NCBI GenBank assembly: GCA_002633005.1
Contig: NMRA01000107.1
Coordinates: 479,727 to 536,067 of the forward strand
From: Phoronis australis
Lineage: Eukaryota; Animalia; Phoronida
DNA: 56,341 bases
Direction: 5' to 3'
In this document: in pieces, positions 23,001 through 32,724 of the stretch
Layout of the letters: every line of letters starts with the position of its first letter
How positions within the stretch are numbered: position 1 is the stretch's first letter
Made by a program: the position numbers and the translations under genes
Notes under the pieces: generated by a model
Told to the model about the DNA's origin: nothing
Databases searched by the model: none
Seen by the model: only the letters and a program-made list of their open reading frames with translations

Positions 23001-26000
23001 AGTTGCACCTCTCTTAAAATAGAAGTGATATGGCTGTTGACCAAATGGACAATAGACTAGCTTGAAGCTCAGACACCAAATCATGTTATTAAATTTCAAG
23101 CTCAAACACCAGATTGGGCTACTTTTTGTGATTGATGGTTTTAAAAAAGGTGATATTTTGAATACTGATTTACAATTAAGGTGTTCCAGGTGGGACTGCT
23201 CGTCTTATTTTAAAGAAACAATCGCATAAGTGCCAAAGTCATTAAATCAATAAATGTCTTCAGTCAAAGCCTTTGTAGTTTTTTAAGAATAAAGTAATTT
23301 AATTTAGAACCCACGGAGAGTATCCAGCTACTGCCTGTACAGATGGAGGTATGACATATTAGGGGATTCACCTTCTGTAACACTTATGCACGCATCAGTG
23401 ATGAAGATTATTGGCTAATTGTTTTTTCCATTCCTGCTCCGCTAGGCAAACATTACAGCAGACCTTTGGTTTGGTACTAAAATTGTCTTCACAGAGATGG
23501 CAAAAATTTTCTGACTTGTTGGGTAGTTTAGAAAGCTGCACAGAACAGCTCCGTGTGTCTCGATATTTTATTTTGTGCTGTTTTGTGTTTCAGGCTTTCA
23601 TGGTGATTTTGAACAATGTTCTGCGAGTGGCTGCTATCAACAGTGTTGGTGACTTTGTGTTGTTCTTGGGCAAGATAGGTGTCACTGCCGCCACTGGGGC
23701 TATCTCTGTCTTGGTACTGAGGGTGAGTTTGGTGTTGGCTCGAGACATCTGTTTTACCGAGTTTGTCTATGAAGTACAGTCTGTGGTAAGCGATTGAATT
23801 TGAGCATAATTTTCACAAGATCTCGAGTGCTTCTGACAACATGCACTGGTATTTCCAAAGCTTTCGAAAGTTGTGTTAAGTAATGTGTAGGGTGAGCTCC
23901 GAAGTCATGTGCTTGCATGACCTGGAACAGATGGTTATTAGTTTGTAATGATTTTGAAAAGTGTTTATGTCCAGCTCTATAGCTATCCATTAAAAACTTT
24001 TCCACAAGACAATGTTGTTAAGAAACTGTTGATTAAATCTAAGGAACTTTTTTACCCTTACGAAAAATTCCAATACGATTTCCTATTGGATTCCTATAAG
24101 AAATTCTAAAGGAATTCTATAGGATTTCCCATAGGAAATCCTATCAGATCCAATAGGATCCAATTGGATTTTGGCTCATCAGCCAATAGGATTCCAATAG
24201 GATCCTATAGGATTTCTATAGGATCCTATAGGAATCCTATATGAAATCCTATACGAATTCTATAGGAAATTCTATAGGAATCCTGTAGGATATCCTATAG
24301 GATCCAATAGGAATCCAATTGGATTTTGGCCCAATATCCTATAGGAATCCTTTAGGAAATCCTATAGGATCCTATAATATTTCTTAAAGCATCCAATAGG
24401 AAAGCCTATAGAAATCCTTTAGGATATCCTATGAGAAACCCTAAAGGAATTTGTATAAAACTTGAATATATCCAGTAGACAGTTCAATAGGATTCTTTAG
24501 GAAGTTCAATAGGATTCTATGAAGCAATTAACATATTATGACTCGCCTGAATATTAAAATTTACAAAAATTAATGACTCGGAAGAGCTGAAATTAGATAA
24601 AAACAAATGAATATTTTACTATATACTCTAAGGCTATTTGTTTGTTAAAATGCCTAGAAATCAGATTTGTGATTAAATTCCGATAGGATTTTTTCAATAG
24701 GAATCCCTTTAGGATATCTTGATCCTATAGGAATCCTATAGGAAATCGATATTCCTATAGGAATTCTTATAGGAATTTCTATAGGAGTCCTATAGGAAAT
24801 CAATATTCCTATAGGAATTCTTATAGGAATTTCTGTAGGAGTCCTATAGGAAATTGATATTCCTATAGGAATTCTTATAGGAATTTCTGTAGGAGTCCTA
24901 TAGGAAATAGATATTCCTATAGGAATTTCTGTAGGAGTCCTATAGGAAATCGATATTCCTATAGGAATTCTTATAGGAATTTCTGTAGGAATCCTATAGG
25001 AAATCGGTACTCCTTTAGGAATTCTTATAGGAATTTCTGTAGGAATGCTATAGGAAATCGATACTCCTATAGGAATTCTTATAGGAATTTCTGTAGGAAT
25101 CCTATAGGAAATCGATACTCCTATAGGAATTCTTATAGGAATTTCTGTAGGAATCCTATAGGAAATCGATACTCCTATAGGAATTCTTATAGGAATTTCT
25201 GTAGGAATCCTATAGGAAATCGATATTCCTATAGGAATTCTTATAGGAATTTCTGTAGGAATCCTATAAGAAATCGATATTCCTATAGGAATTCTTATAG
25301 GAATTTCTATAGGAAATTTTATCCTATAGGAATCCTATATGGTCCTATCGAATATTTTCGTAGGGGTAGACAAAGTTTCTCATTATATACTAGTCCATTT
25401 ATGCACATCTTTGTGTTGATTGCCCATTTTGAAATGATACTGGACTGTTTAGCTTCCAATCTGTGATGTTTCATCGCTATGCATGTTTCTGTCGTTAGGG
25501 GGCTTGCCCTTTGACCCTAGCTCATTTGACCAATAGCAGACAAACAAGCTGTCTTTTTGACCAAGGTAGACAGTATCTTACATGGTTGATAAACCTGATA
25601 ATTGTGGTATTTATGGTTGGAGGGCCGGCCAGCTTTTTTGTTCGATAATTTCTCTAATCTCTGATAAGATTATATTTAGCCTGACTGGACTGTGATGTTA
25701 AAGATAAAAGAAAAGTTAAGAGCTGTTTGCAGATATACAAATAGCAATTCTGACTTCCTCGACATATGTGGATTGTGTTTAGTTTTTGAATCACCAAAAT
25801 CGCCCAACTAGCACTGAACTTAAGGAAATCTGTTCTGTCCAAATGCATTAGGGTTTCATTAATTCTTTGAAACGTGGTTAGATAATTGGCCTGCATGTTG
25901 TCATACCAGACAAAAGTCTGTGCTTGGCAGTTAACAAAGAAGCCAGATCTTCTAAGACCTTCAGAACTGGCATAGTCTGGTAAATTCATTAAACACTCTA

Positions 26001-29000
26001 ATGTGGTTCTTATTGTTTTCACTACTCACCTGTGGTCATGCCGGCAGTAGTGATAGAATTGTTGTGAAGTCATGAACTAATTGAGTGCTCCATTCTCGTT
26101 GACATTCCCAGCTTTTCTAACACTTGACTTCCACAACCATGCTCAGTTATGACGTTCTTAATTTGTTTTCATTTCAGGAGAACAAAGAGCTCAACTTCTA
26201 CTTTATCCCAGTTCTCATAGTCTGTATCTTTGCCTACTTCATTGCTCACTGCTTCCTCTCTATTTACGAGGTGAGTACTTGTGAATGTAGCATGGGTGTC
26301 CTCATTTGGACTCTTTCGTGTTTACGTTTCAGCTCCTACTAATGCAGTAATTAGAAACCAGACACTAGTGATAAAACGTTTATTTATTTGACTTGGCAAA
26401 ATACACATCAAATAAAAAAATTGTATTGCAAAGTAGACTAAAGTATCGAAATGTATTGAGGTTCCGGATATTGCACCACCTAGTGATGTGATGTGGTAAG
26501 CGGATACCGTGAATTTCCCACAAAACAGCCTCCCCCTAACATACTTTTGTGGCTGAGATTGGATTCTTTGTGGCAAAACTTGCTTGGCTGAAATTCTGTG
26601 ACATTTTGTGACATCTTGAGGGATACCGATTCACTTCTGAATCATGTTGATCAAATTAAAAACACCAGAACCATGTGCTGCTTTACAGTAGTATACCGAA
26701 GGGTAATGATGTCCCCAGCTCTGTGTAAAACTGCTGTTCATAAGGACTACACATCATCTTTTTTCTTTTTTAATCTCCATCCTACATCTGCTTAGCCAAG
26801 TGTTCATGCTGCATTGAAGTGGTGGTTCCTTTTGATCCATGAAATGTAATTAAGAAATTCATTGTTACCTCAGACACATATTGAGTCTCAAATGTGTGAC
26901 AAAAGAATTGTTGATGCGACTTATACATGCAAAAGACAGATTTAACAAATTGTGACTTGTCATTATGAATTCATTCTCTGTTATGAGCTTATGTGGAGAT
27001 TTTTCTTACTCTTGGATTCAATTTCTAGGGCCTTTGAACAGAAAGAGAAACTTACAGGACATGGTTTATTTCAGCATGTTTTGGCTTATTCACAAAATTA
27101 ACTAGCCATACCACTGGCACCATGAATTCCTTTAAAGTCTTCCTTGAATGAATTATTATTTTGGATGTATCAATCTATTCAGATAGTCCCAACAATACTT
27201 TGACATCATAATAAACACAAATTAAACACTCAGATGAAGGCTCGTAAACTGATTTCCCATGCCATATTGTTTCACTCTCAGAACACATAACAAGAGGTTG
27301 AAAGCAGTTGCACTGAGTAGGGGTTGTTTGTCTTGAGATGGCCACTGTACATGTCACAACATGCAAACTGGGCTCAAGCACTATTCTTCGTTGGCATGAA
27401 AGTGTTTGCCTTTAAAGCCTAATTTCAACGTAATTTTGTTACTTTACTGGGCTAACCAGATAGTCCTAGCAAAGCCTTAGTAAAATAAAAAAATGCAAAT
27501 GCAAGCTTATCAAACAATAGGCGAAGCTGTCTTTTCGTGCCATTCTGCATCACTGTGAGATCCCTGCACTAACAACAAAAGGCCAATAACAGTTGTATTG
27601 AATAGGGATATGAATAGAACATCATTGCATGCGGGTGTTATTCGCAGCTCTTTGAATTTGCAGGCGATTCTCGCAGTGACGTAGACAAAAGCAAGCCAAT
27701 ATGCTTAACACAGTGTTACATTTGACAATTTATGGAACTAGTGGGCTCAGAGCGATACTCTAAACATACTGTAGGAACCACATGTGTTATCGTTCAAGAT
27801 AGGCTTTAATCAATGCGGTGTTGCAAACATTTAAGTTGTGTCTACACGCCGTCTGTTGGCCACAAAAATTGTGTTGTCACTGATTTTGTTGGTGTCTTGC
27901 AGATGATCATTGACTGCCTCCTGCTGTGTTTTTGCGAAGACTGTCAAGCTAATGATGGTTCTGATGAACGCCCTTACTTCATGGACAAGTCACTGATGGT
28001 AAGTCAATTCTTCAGCCTGCTGTCTACTGCATATTACCAAAGTAAAGTGTTAAATGGTTGTTTCGTTCTTAACGGAACAGTTTGTAGTCTTCCAAAATTT
28101 TGAGCTTTCAGTGTTGCTCATAAATACTGAATGAACTTAATGCTACATTTCAGAAACTTGAATATTCACGGGATACAACGTCTGAAAACACCCCTTATCT
28201 CTCATGTTTTTTATTAGTGTACTGCTTTTGTGTACTTTTTATGATCTATATATAAGAAATAAACAATGGATTCTCAGAAACCCCTAGTGGTATTTTCCAG
28301 TTTGGATTTTGTCGTTTTTTTGTTCTTTATCTATTTTGTGAAACCTGAGTGCTTATGATCTGAGGTTTATTCCACGACATCCACAGGACACCTGCAGTGA
28401 GACTTCATTAAGAACAGAAACAGTTAATTTTCTCCCATAATTCAACACTATGGTCTCGTAGTTGACAAATCACTTCAGTGGTAGTTATGTTGCTAAATAA
28501 ATGTAGGTCAGGAAGGTCCCCAGCTTACTCGTGAAACACTGATTTTTCACTCGTGTGAGTTTGTATGATCTCACTTTTCTCGCAAGAGACTTGAATGTTG
28601 TGAGTTAGTGTAGAGTATATCATAGATGCACCTGTGTTGTGAATTAGTGTTGTGGTTACGTAAGAACCCAGAAAAATTACAATTTTGGCCAAATTTGGAA
28701 TATCACCTCTTAGAAATGGATGATGGGCTTCGCATGAAACTTTAGAGATACAAGTTTGTGATGCTTTTTGCACTCATGATGTTCTCCCTTTCAATGACTT
28801 TACCAGACATAGAGCAGTTGTAAACATGTGATAACATCTTGGTCCTTTGTTAACTGCCTGAGGCAGTTTTTGTCTGGTGTGACAAGGTGCAGGCCAATGA
28901 CCTACCAAGTCTCAAAGGGTTATGGAAACCAAGCAGAACTGCTTTCGTTATCGATATCGGGTAACAGAACAGCAACAATGAATAAATGGTGGTAGCAGAG

Positions 29001-30138
29001 GTAATATTTTCTGGGTTTGTCATTAACCATTTCACCGGCATTGCCATTGGGACTTGTTCAATCATGATAGATTTAGGTGAATCAGTTGGGAGTGGACTCC
29101 AGCAAACATAATTAACTCCAAACAAGTTGGGGTCAACGGGAGAATGTCGTAATGTGCTCTACAAAATGCTGTTTGTAATTGTTTTTGAAATGTTACACTT
29201 CTGCACGAGGGGCTATCAAAAATAGGATTTTAATAAAAAAGGAAATAATAATTTAGACAAACTAACTGCAGGGTTTTTGAGATTTTATCTTGAACACTTG
29301 ACATCATGTGAAATTGGGTCATGATGTTGATCCTGTTCTTTTCCTATGAATGTACCTTTCTTATTAGCTGAATTTTCTTAAAAACAAGGTTACGTGACCT
29401 AATTAATGGCAGATAGTTATAAAGTAAAAAATTCTATGGAATTTTTACTTTCAAAAAAAAATAATTACAGGCGGTCTGGTATATGTTGTACCAGACGTGC
29501 GCAGGCCGTGCATGTGGGCCCATTGCACTACTGGCTGATCGCCTAGAACTATTTTTGTGCTTTATTAGTATATCGTTAAAACCGAGCTGAGGAGCTAGAA
29601 ACCTGACTCAAGGGTCTAGAAGTGTGGCCCAGCGAGACTTGAACCCACAAACTCGAGTAAAGAAATCCGGTACCTATCACTCTAGGTCACACTGACTCCT
29701 CGATTTCTACTTTCAGAAAATATACACTTTTGCCGAGTTTCATTCTGTAGTTTTGCAGATATTTTGCTAAACGTTGAAGCCCTGAGTGCACAAGTGTTTA
29801 GCGTATTATGTTTCCTTGTTGCTAATTTTTACAACTGTCAAATCTTAAGGTCTTGCCAATTTATCATCAAATGAAATGGCCATCACACCTTTTATTTGCT
29901 CAGGAGAACAATCATTATAATTGTGTCTGCATGTTGGGTTACCTAACTGCATCTTTTGCACGGTTATCTTGACTTTTTTCATCAGGAGTTTGTCAAGAAC
30001 AGTAGCGAGGCATTGGAGAAACTGAACAAACGCAAAAAGAAAGCAGACGACGCTGAAGATAAAGTGGATGGTGAAGAAATGGAAGCAGTGGAGGCACAGC
30101 CATTGAAAGCAGAGCAGATACAGGTGGAATCGGGTTAA
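5044..30138 (+). CDS. SLC44A1: Choline transporter-like protein 1 (SLC44 family), 16 coding exons, 683 aa; join(5044..5073,6101..6214,6827..6972,7465..7701,11180..11346,11853..11942,12401..12546,13399..13585,14066..14234,17334..17474,18015..18130,22830..22867,23594..23722,26178..26270,27903..27998,29986..30138)
   Basis: All introns are GT-AG with matching phases, total 2052 nt. Family motifs: [106 protein letters not shown]. Confidence 0.95.
6101..6214 (+). CDS. SLC44A1: CTL1 coding exon 2
   Basis: tttacag|SPDSPDGK...[20 protein letters not shown]|gtgcgt. Confidence 0.93.
6827..6972 (+). CDS. SLC44A1: CTL1 coding exon 3
   Basis: cttcag|IFVAAYS...[14 protein letters not shown]...DLTDKP|gtatgt. 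Confidence 0.93.
7465..7701 (+). CDS. SLC44A1: CTL1 coding exon 4
   Basis: ttccag|YVFFMN...CVSKCP...GSQLCDY...CPITPVPA|gtaaac. Confidence 0.93.
7878..9425 (+). mobile_element. Helentron/HINE-like non-autonomous element (family A, copy 1) with a fold-back 5' end
   Basis: 5' palindrome, CCGT-type microsatellite and central ~448-bp tandem units (8101, 8549, 8996). The 3' end has subTIR GTGGGTGCAT (9391), hairpin CAACGCTTTGCGTTG and CTTGTT. Homologous copies lie at 18571 and 52948. Confidence 0.72.
11180..11346 (+). CDS. SLC44A1: CTL1 coding exon 5
   Basis: ttgcag|[10 protein letters not shown]...[12 protein letters not shown]|gtaagg. Confidence 0.92.
11714..11802. repeat. 20-bp minisatellite, ~4.5 copies
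   Basis: TTCATCAAAACAACGTCTTA repeated. Confidence 0.9.
11853..11942 (+). CDS. SLC44A1: CTL1 coding exon 6
   Basis: tttcag|[30 protein letters not shown]|gtgagt. Confidence 0.92.
12401..12546 (+). CDS. SLC44A1: CTL1 coding exon 7
   Basis: attcag|[10 protein letters not shown]...[13 protein letters not shown]|gtaata. Confidence 0.92.
13060..13318 (+). repeat. Dispersed ~260-bp repeat (SINE-like), copy 1
   Basis: Colinear with 19197..19457; shared blocks include TTTTGAAATTGA.ATGCAAGGTCA, GTGAACCCTGC and CAGCTTAACAAAGGGTTTATGGTCCTGG. Confidence 0.8.
13399..13585 (+). CDS. SLC44A1: CTL1 coding exon 8
   Basis: tcttag|[27 protein letters not shown]...QPIWTF...LGTA|gtgagt. Confidence 0.94.
14066..14234 (+). 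CDS. SLC44A1: CTL1 coding exon 9
   Basis: GKAVPD...[34 protein letters not shown]|gtaaga. The acceptor is an unusual GAG; an alternative AAG lies 6 nt downstream. Confidence 0.88.
14437..15664. repeat. Perfect 127-bp inverted repeat (14437..14563 / 15538..15664) enclosing a THAP-like transposon remnant and an N
   Basis: The arms are exact reverse complements by eye. Internal [16 protein letters not shown] at 14724; N at 15533. Confidence 0.85.
15795..16010. repeat. 18-bp minisatellite, 12 copies
   Basis: GTTGTGACCACCCTGTAG x12. Confidence 0.96.
17334..17474 (+). CDS. SLC44A1: CTL1 coding exon 10
   Basis: cttcag|DKTT...[32 protein letters not shown]|gtaagt. Confidence 0.94.
17692..17824. 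mobile_element. Small MITE-like hairpin with ~37-bp TIRs
   Basis: TAAGTCTGGTCTGCACGTCACCTATTGGCCACATCAC ... GTGATGTGGCCAATAGGTGGCGTACAGGCCAGACTTA. Confidence 0.7.
18015..18130 (+). CDS. SLC44A1: CTL1 coding exon 11
   Basis: ttgcag|[38 protein letters not shown]|gtaaga. Confidence 0.94.
18571..19937 (+). mobile_element. Degenerate Helentron/HINE-like element (family A-related, copy 2)
   Basis: Starts TTATGCGCTCAC, has repeated GGATCC..CTAC...CCCTAGTGG motifs, and ends GTGGGCCCAC..AATGCTTTGTGTTACTCTTGTT like copy 1. Confidence 0.62.
19197..19457 (+). repeat. Dispersed ~260-bp repeat (SINE-like), copy 2, nested in the HINE-like element
   Basis: Colinear with 13060..13318. Confidence 0.78.
20259..20440. 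repeat. Degenerate 21-bp minisatellite, ~8-9 copies
   Basis: ATGGGAAG recurring every 21 nt. Confidence 0.8.
21172..22020 (-). mobile_element. Second Helentron/HINE-like family element
   Basis: CpG-rich block with the motif AAATTTCGTGAAAATCGG, an ACAA microsatellite remnant and the terminal hairpin TTGACGGAATTCGAAGAATTCCGCCAA. Classified by architecture only. Confidence 0.5.
22075..22320. repeat. Degenerate ~39-bp tandem repeat
   Basis: TTATCTGGGTCCATCCCTCCCATCATGTGTCCAAGCTT-like units, ~6 copies. Confidence 0.75.
22830..22867 (+). CDS. SLC44A1: CTL1 coding exon 12 (38 nt)
   Basis: ttttag|[13 protein letters not shown]|gtgagt. It is required to bridge phase 1 to phase 0. Confidence 0.92.
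23594..23722 (+). CDS. SLC44A1: CTL1 coding exon 13
   Basis: tttcag|[29 protein letters not shown]...VLR|gtgagt. Confidence 0.94.
24055..25366. mobile_element. Non-autonomous TIR element (CMC/EnSpm-like) with subterminal CCTATAGG arrays
   Basis: TA|CCCTTACGAAAA...TTTTCGTAGGGG|TA. Both arms are packed with the TCCTATAGGA palindrome around an AT-rich core (~24530-24680). Confidence 0.72.
24725..25315. repeat. 54-bp satellite array (~11 copies) inside the TIR element
   Basis: AGGAAATCGATAYTCCTATAGGAATTCTTATAGGAATTTCTGTAGGAATCCTAT; period verified at 25055/25109. Confidence 0.93.
26178..26270 (+). CDS. SLC44A1: CTL1 coding exon 14
   Basis: tttcag|[31 protein letters not shown]|gtgagt. Confidence 0.94.
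27416..27805. mobile_element. TTAA-flanked MITE (Kolobok-like), 390 bp
   Basis: TTAA|AGCCTAATTTCAACGTAA ... TTATCGTTCAAGATAGGCT|TTAA. Confidence 0.6.
27903..27998 (+). CDS. SLC44A1: CTL1 coding exon 15
   Basis: ttgcag|[32 protein letters not shown]|gtaagt. Confidence 0.94.
29625..29699 (-). pseudogene. tRNA-derived sequence (pseudo-tRNA or SINE head)
   Basis: A-box-like TGACCTAGAGTGA and B-box/T-arm GTGGGTTCAAGTCTCGC. The acceptor and anticodon stems are mismatched. Confidence 0.6.
29986..30138 (+). CDS. SLC44A1: CTL1 coding exon 16 (terminal)
   Basis: catcag|[19 protein letters not shown]...QVESG*. Confidence 0.9.
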   Translation, partial: EFVKNSSEALEKLNKRKKKADDAEDKVDGEEMEAVEAQPLKAEQIQVESG

Positions 30139-32280
30139 CAAAGAAATGTAATCTTGCCGCCTTAAATTTATGTTTGGTTGTGAATATTGTCATTTAGGAT
30201 ACAAAGGCAAACCAGTCATTTGGTAATATTGATCGTCATGTTTAAGGCTTGAGTGGCCAGTTTGGATGGTGGGTTTTAAATGGTTTGTTAAATATTTCAA
30301 TTCATGTTCTGCCAATGAGGGATTTTATGTGAGTGATAATGTTTATCTGGCTGTTGTGGTCTTGCTGGAGTTATATGTAACAGGACACGAGAGTTGATAG
30401 TCACATAATAAAATTTCTCATTTAGAATTAAGAAATCCGACTTCTAATGTGTTTGTTAGACCTGATTTACTATGTCTGTTCGAGTGATCCTCTGTCACAA
30501 TTGTTTAAGCACTTGTTTTGTAGCTGTTAGCGTATGGGTTTAACCAAGTCTCAGCTCAGTGGATGTTTAATTTCTGCTCTAGTCCCTTAAAAAAACATTG
30601 TTTTTTTCTTGTATTCGGTGTCCATTTTCCACTGAAAATACTCCTGGTGGCTAGAGGATTTTGTAGATAAAACTAAATGGACAATCTTTAAACTTTGGTT
30701 GTCATTTTCTACTGAACTTTAATAACAGGAAAGCCAGTGGTTTAGATGTTGCACCAAAAATGCTAGTCCCTAGAAATCTACGAGATATATTTCATCTCTA
30801 AATACTTTTGCTTGGCCCTTTACAACTAGTCATTTTTTTGTTTTGCATACAACAAGTAGTGAAGTTGTGAAGTCTGCTTAACATAGGATTCCCAGGATCT
30901 TGTTTGTGCATTCACTATAACTGTTGGAACACTTTACAACTATACTGGGGTCTGACTATCAACGGCCAGTGTGTTTGCTCATTGACCATGAATACAGAGA
31001 CAAGATGCATGAAAACAACTGACCTATCGCAAGCTCCGCCCCCTTGCAAAACGTCATCAAACAAACGATAAGGTTTACCCGGCAATGTGTTGTTTGTCGG
31101 GTAAAATGGTGGCTTGAAAATGAAGGTGTGACAAGAATACTGTGTCCTGATTGGTCGGTTAAGCCTTCACTCAAAATCCAATTGCTGGATGTTATATAAG
31201 GGGCAGAACTACAAAGAGCACATCCGCATGGTTTCAAGCCATCTTTATTACTACTCACAATTCCCTAACAATCCCATAATTCATAGCATACAGGGTTTAC
31301 AGGACTGATCATTAACAAGTAGACCGCACATGAATACAGGGTTGCGGAAAAGAGATGCTATAAAACACTGAAGACCTATGCCACTTTACAATTACTGTTA
31401 TCTATGTAGTCAATGAGAGCCAGGTGAACAATTCCTGTTGAAACGTGTTTCTATAACCATCCCACCATTTTTCTAATTTTTATTGTGTTTCATTGTCTAC
31501 GGAATGTGTTTTTACATTCAAATGATGTGAATCCGTCGAAAAATCTATTGTAACCCTGATTTCCTTTTGTGTCAGATATTTGATGAAAATTATCTTTTGT
31601 CTATAATCAAGAATGTATTTTTATCGTATGATTAGTGCCTCCTTGTTGAATTGAAAATTATGACAGAAAGAAGAATCTCTTTAAAGTAGCTATAAACCTG
31701 CCTCATTAAAAACTTATGATTTAGACAAGTTACCCTTATGATATCGGTATCAAATTCTTCCTTAGTCAAACTGGAGGTGATTGATAGTTGTCATTTTATG
31801 TTGTGATCTTAGTTTCAAGTATAATAACGACTGGAACTGTCAGTTCCAAGCAAACCCTGAAATCACTTCCGAATAAGGAACAAGTTGAAACCAATTTTAT
31901 TTTACAGTGGTAAGTTGGTTAAATAAAGTTTGTTTCTGAGTGGCATGGAACACGGAGAGTTGTATGTCATATTTTAGTGCGTATATATGTTTTAATTGAA
32001 ACTCGGTGTTTCTGTGTTTGGCAGATCGTTAACTGTAGATATGGTGGTTAGTAACGTGGAGACATGCACTTCTCAATGTGTGACGACCATGGTCAGCAAA
32101 TATATTTTGTAATTGCTGGGAATTTTGGGAATAATTATTTTTATCACTTATTGTACTTAGCTAGAATTATTTAACATTGATCATGTGATGTACCATGTCG
32201 TGTGAATATTGTGGGATTTGTGTGTAATGTTTGGTGCTTCATTTCTTACGTTTTTGGTGTTATTAATTTGGCTGACTGAG

Positions 32281-32724
32281 GTATTGACTAACGATACTTT
32301 AAGACGAAGTGCCAGTGAGGGTTTGTTTGTTAAGGTGTTGACTAATGATACTTTAAGACGAAGTGCTAGTGAGGGTTTGTTTGTTAAGGTATTCACTAAC
32401 GATACTTTAAGACGAAGTGCTAGTGAGGGTTTGTTTGTTAAGGTATTGACTAATGATACTTTAAGACGAAGTGCTAGTGAGGGTTTGTTTGTTAAGGTAT
32501 TCACTAACGATACTTTAAGACCAAGTGCTAGTGAGGGTTTGTTTGTTAAGGTATTGACTAATGATACTTTAAGACGAAGTGCTAGTGAGGGTTTGTTTGT
32601 TAAGGTATTCACTAACGATACTTTAAGACGAAGTGCTAGTGAGGGTTTGTTTGTTGAGGTATTGACTAATGATACTTTAAGACGAAGTGCTAGTGAGGGT
32701 TTGTTTGTTAAGGTGTTGACTAAC
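32281..32724. repeat. 54-bp minisatellite, ~8.2 copies
   Basis: GTATTSACTAAYGATACTTTAAGACGAAGTGCTAGTGAGGGTTTGTTTGTTAAG. Confidence 0.96.

Noticed and set aside
29625-29699. Functional tRNA gene
   Set aside because: The acceptor and anticodon stems do not pair, so it is kept only as tRNA-derived.
30121-30130. Possible alternative donor CAG|GTGGAA giving another CTL1 C-terminus
   Set aside because: Weak donor, and no supporting downstream coding exon was identified.
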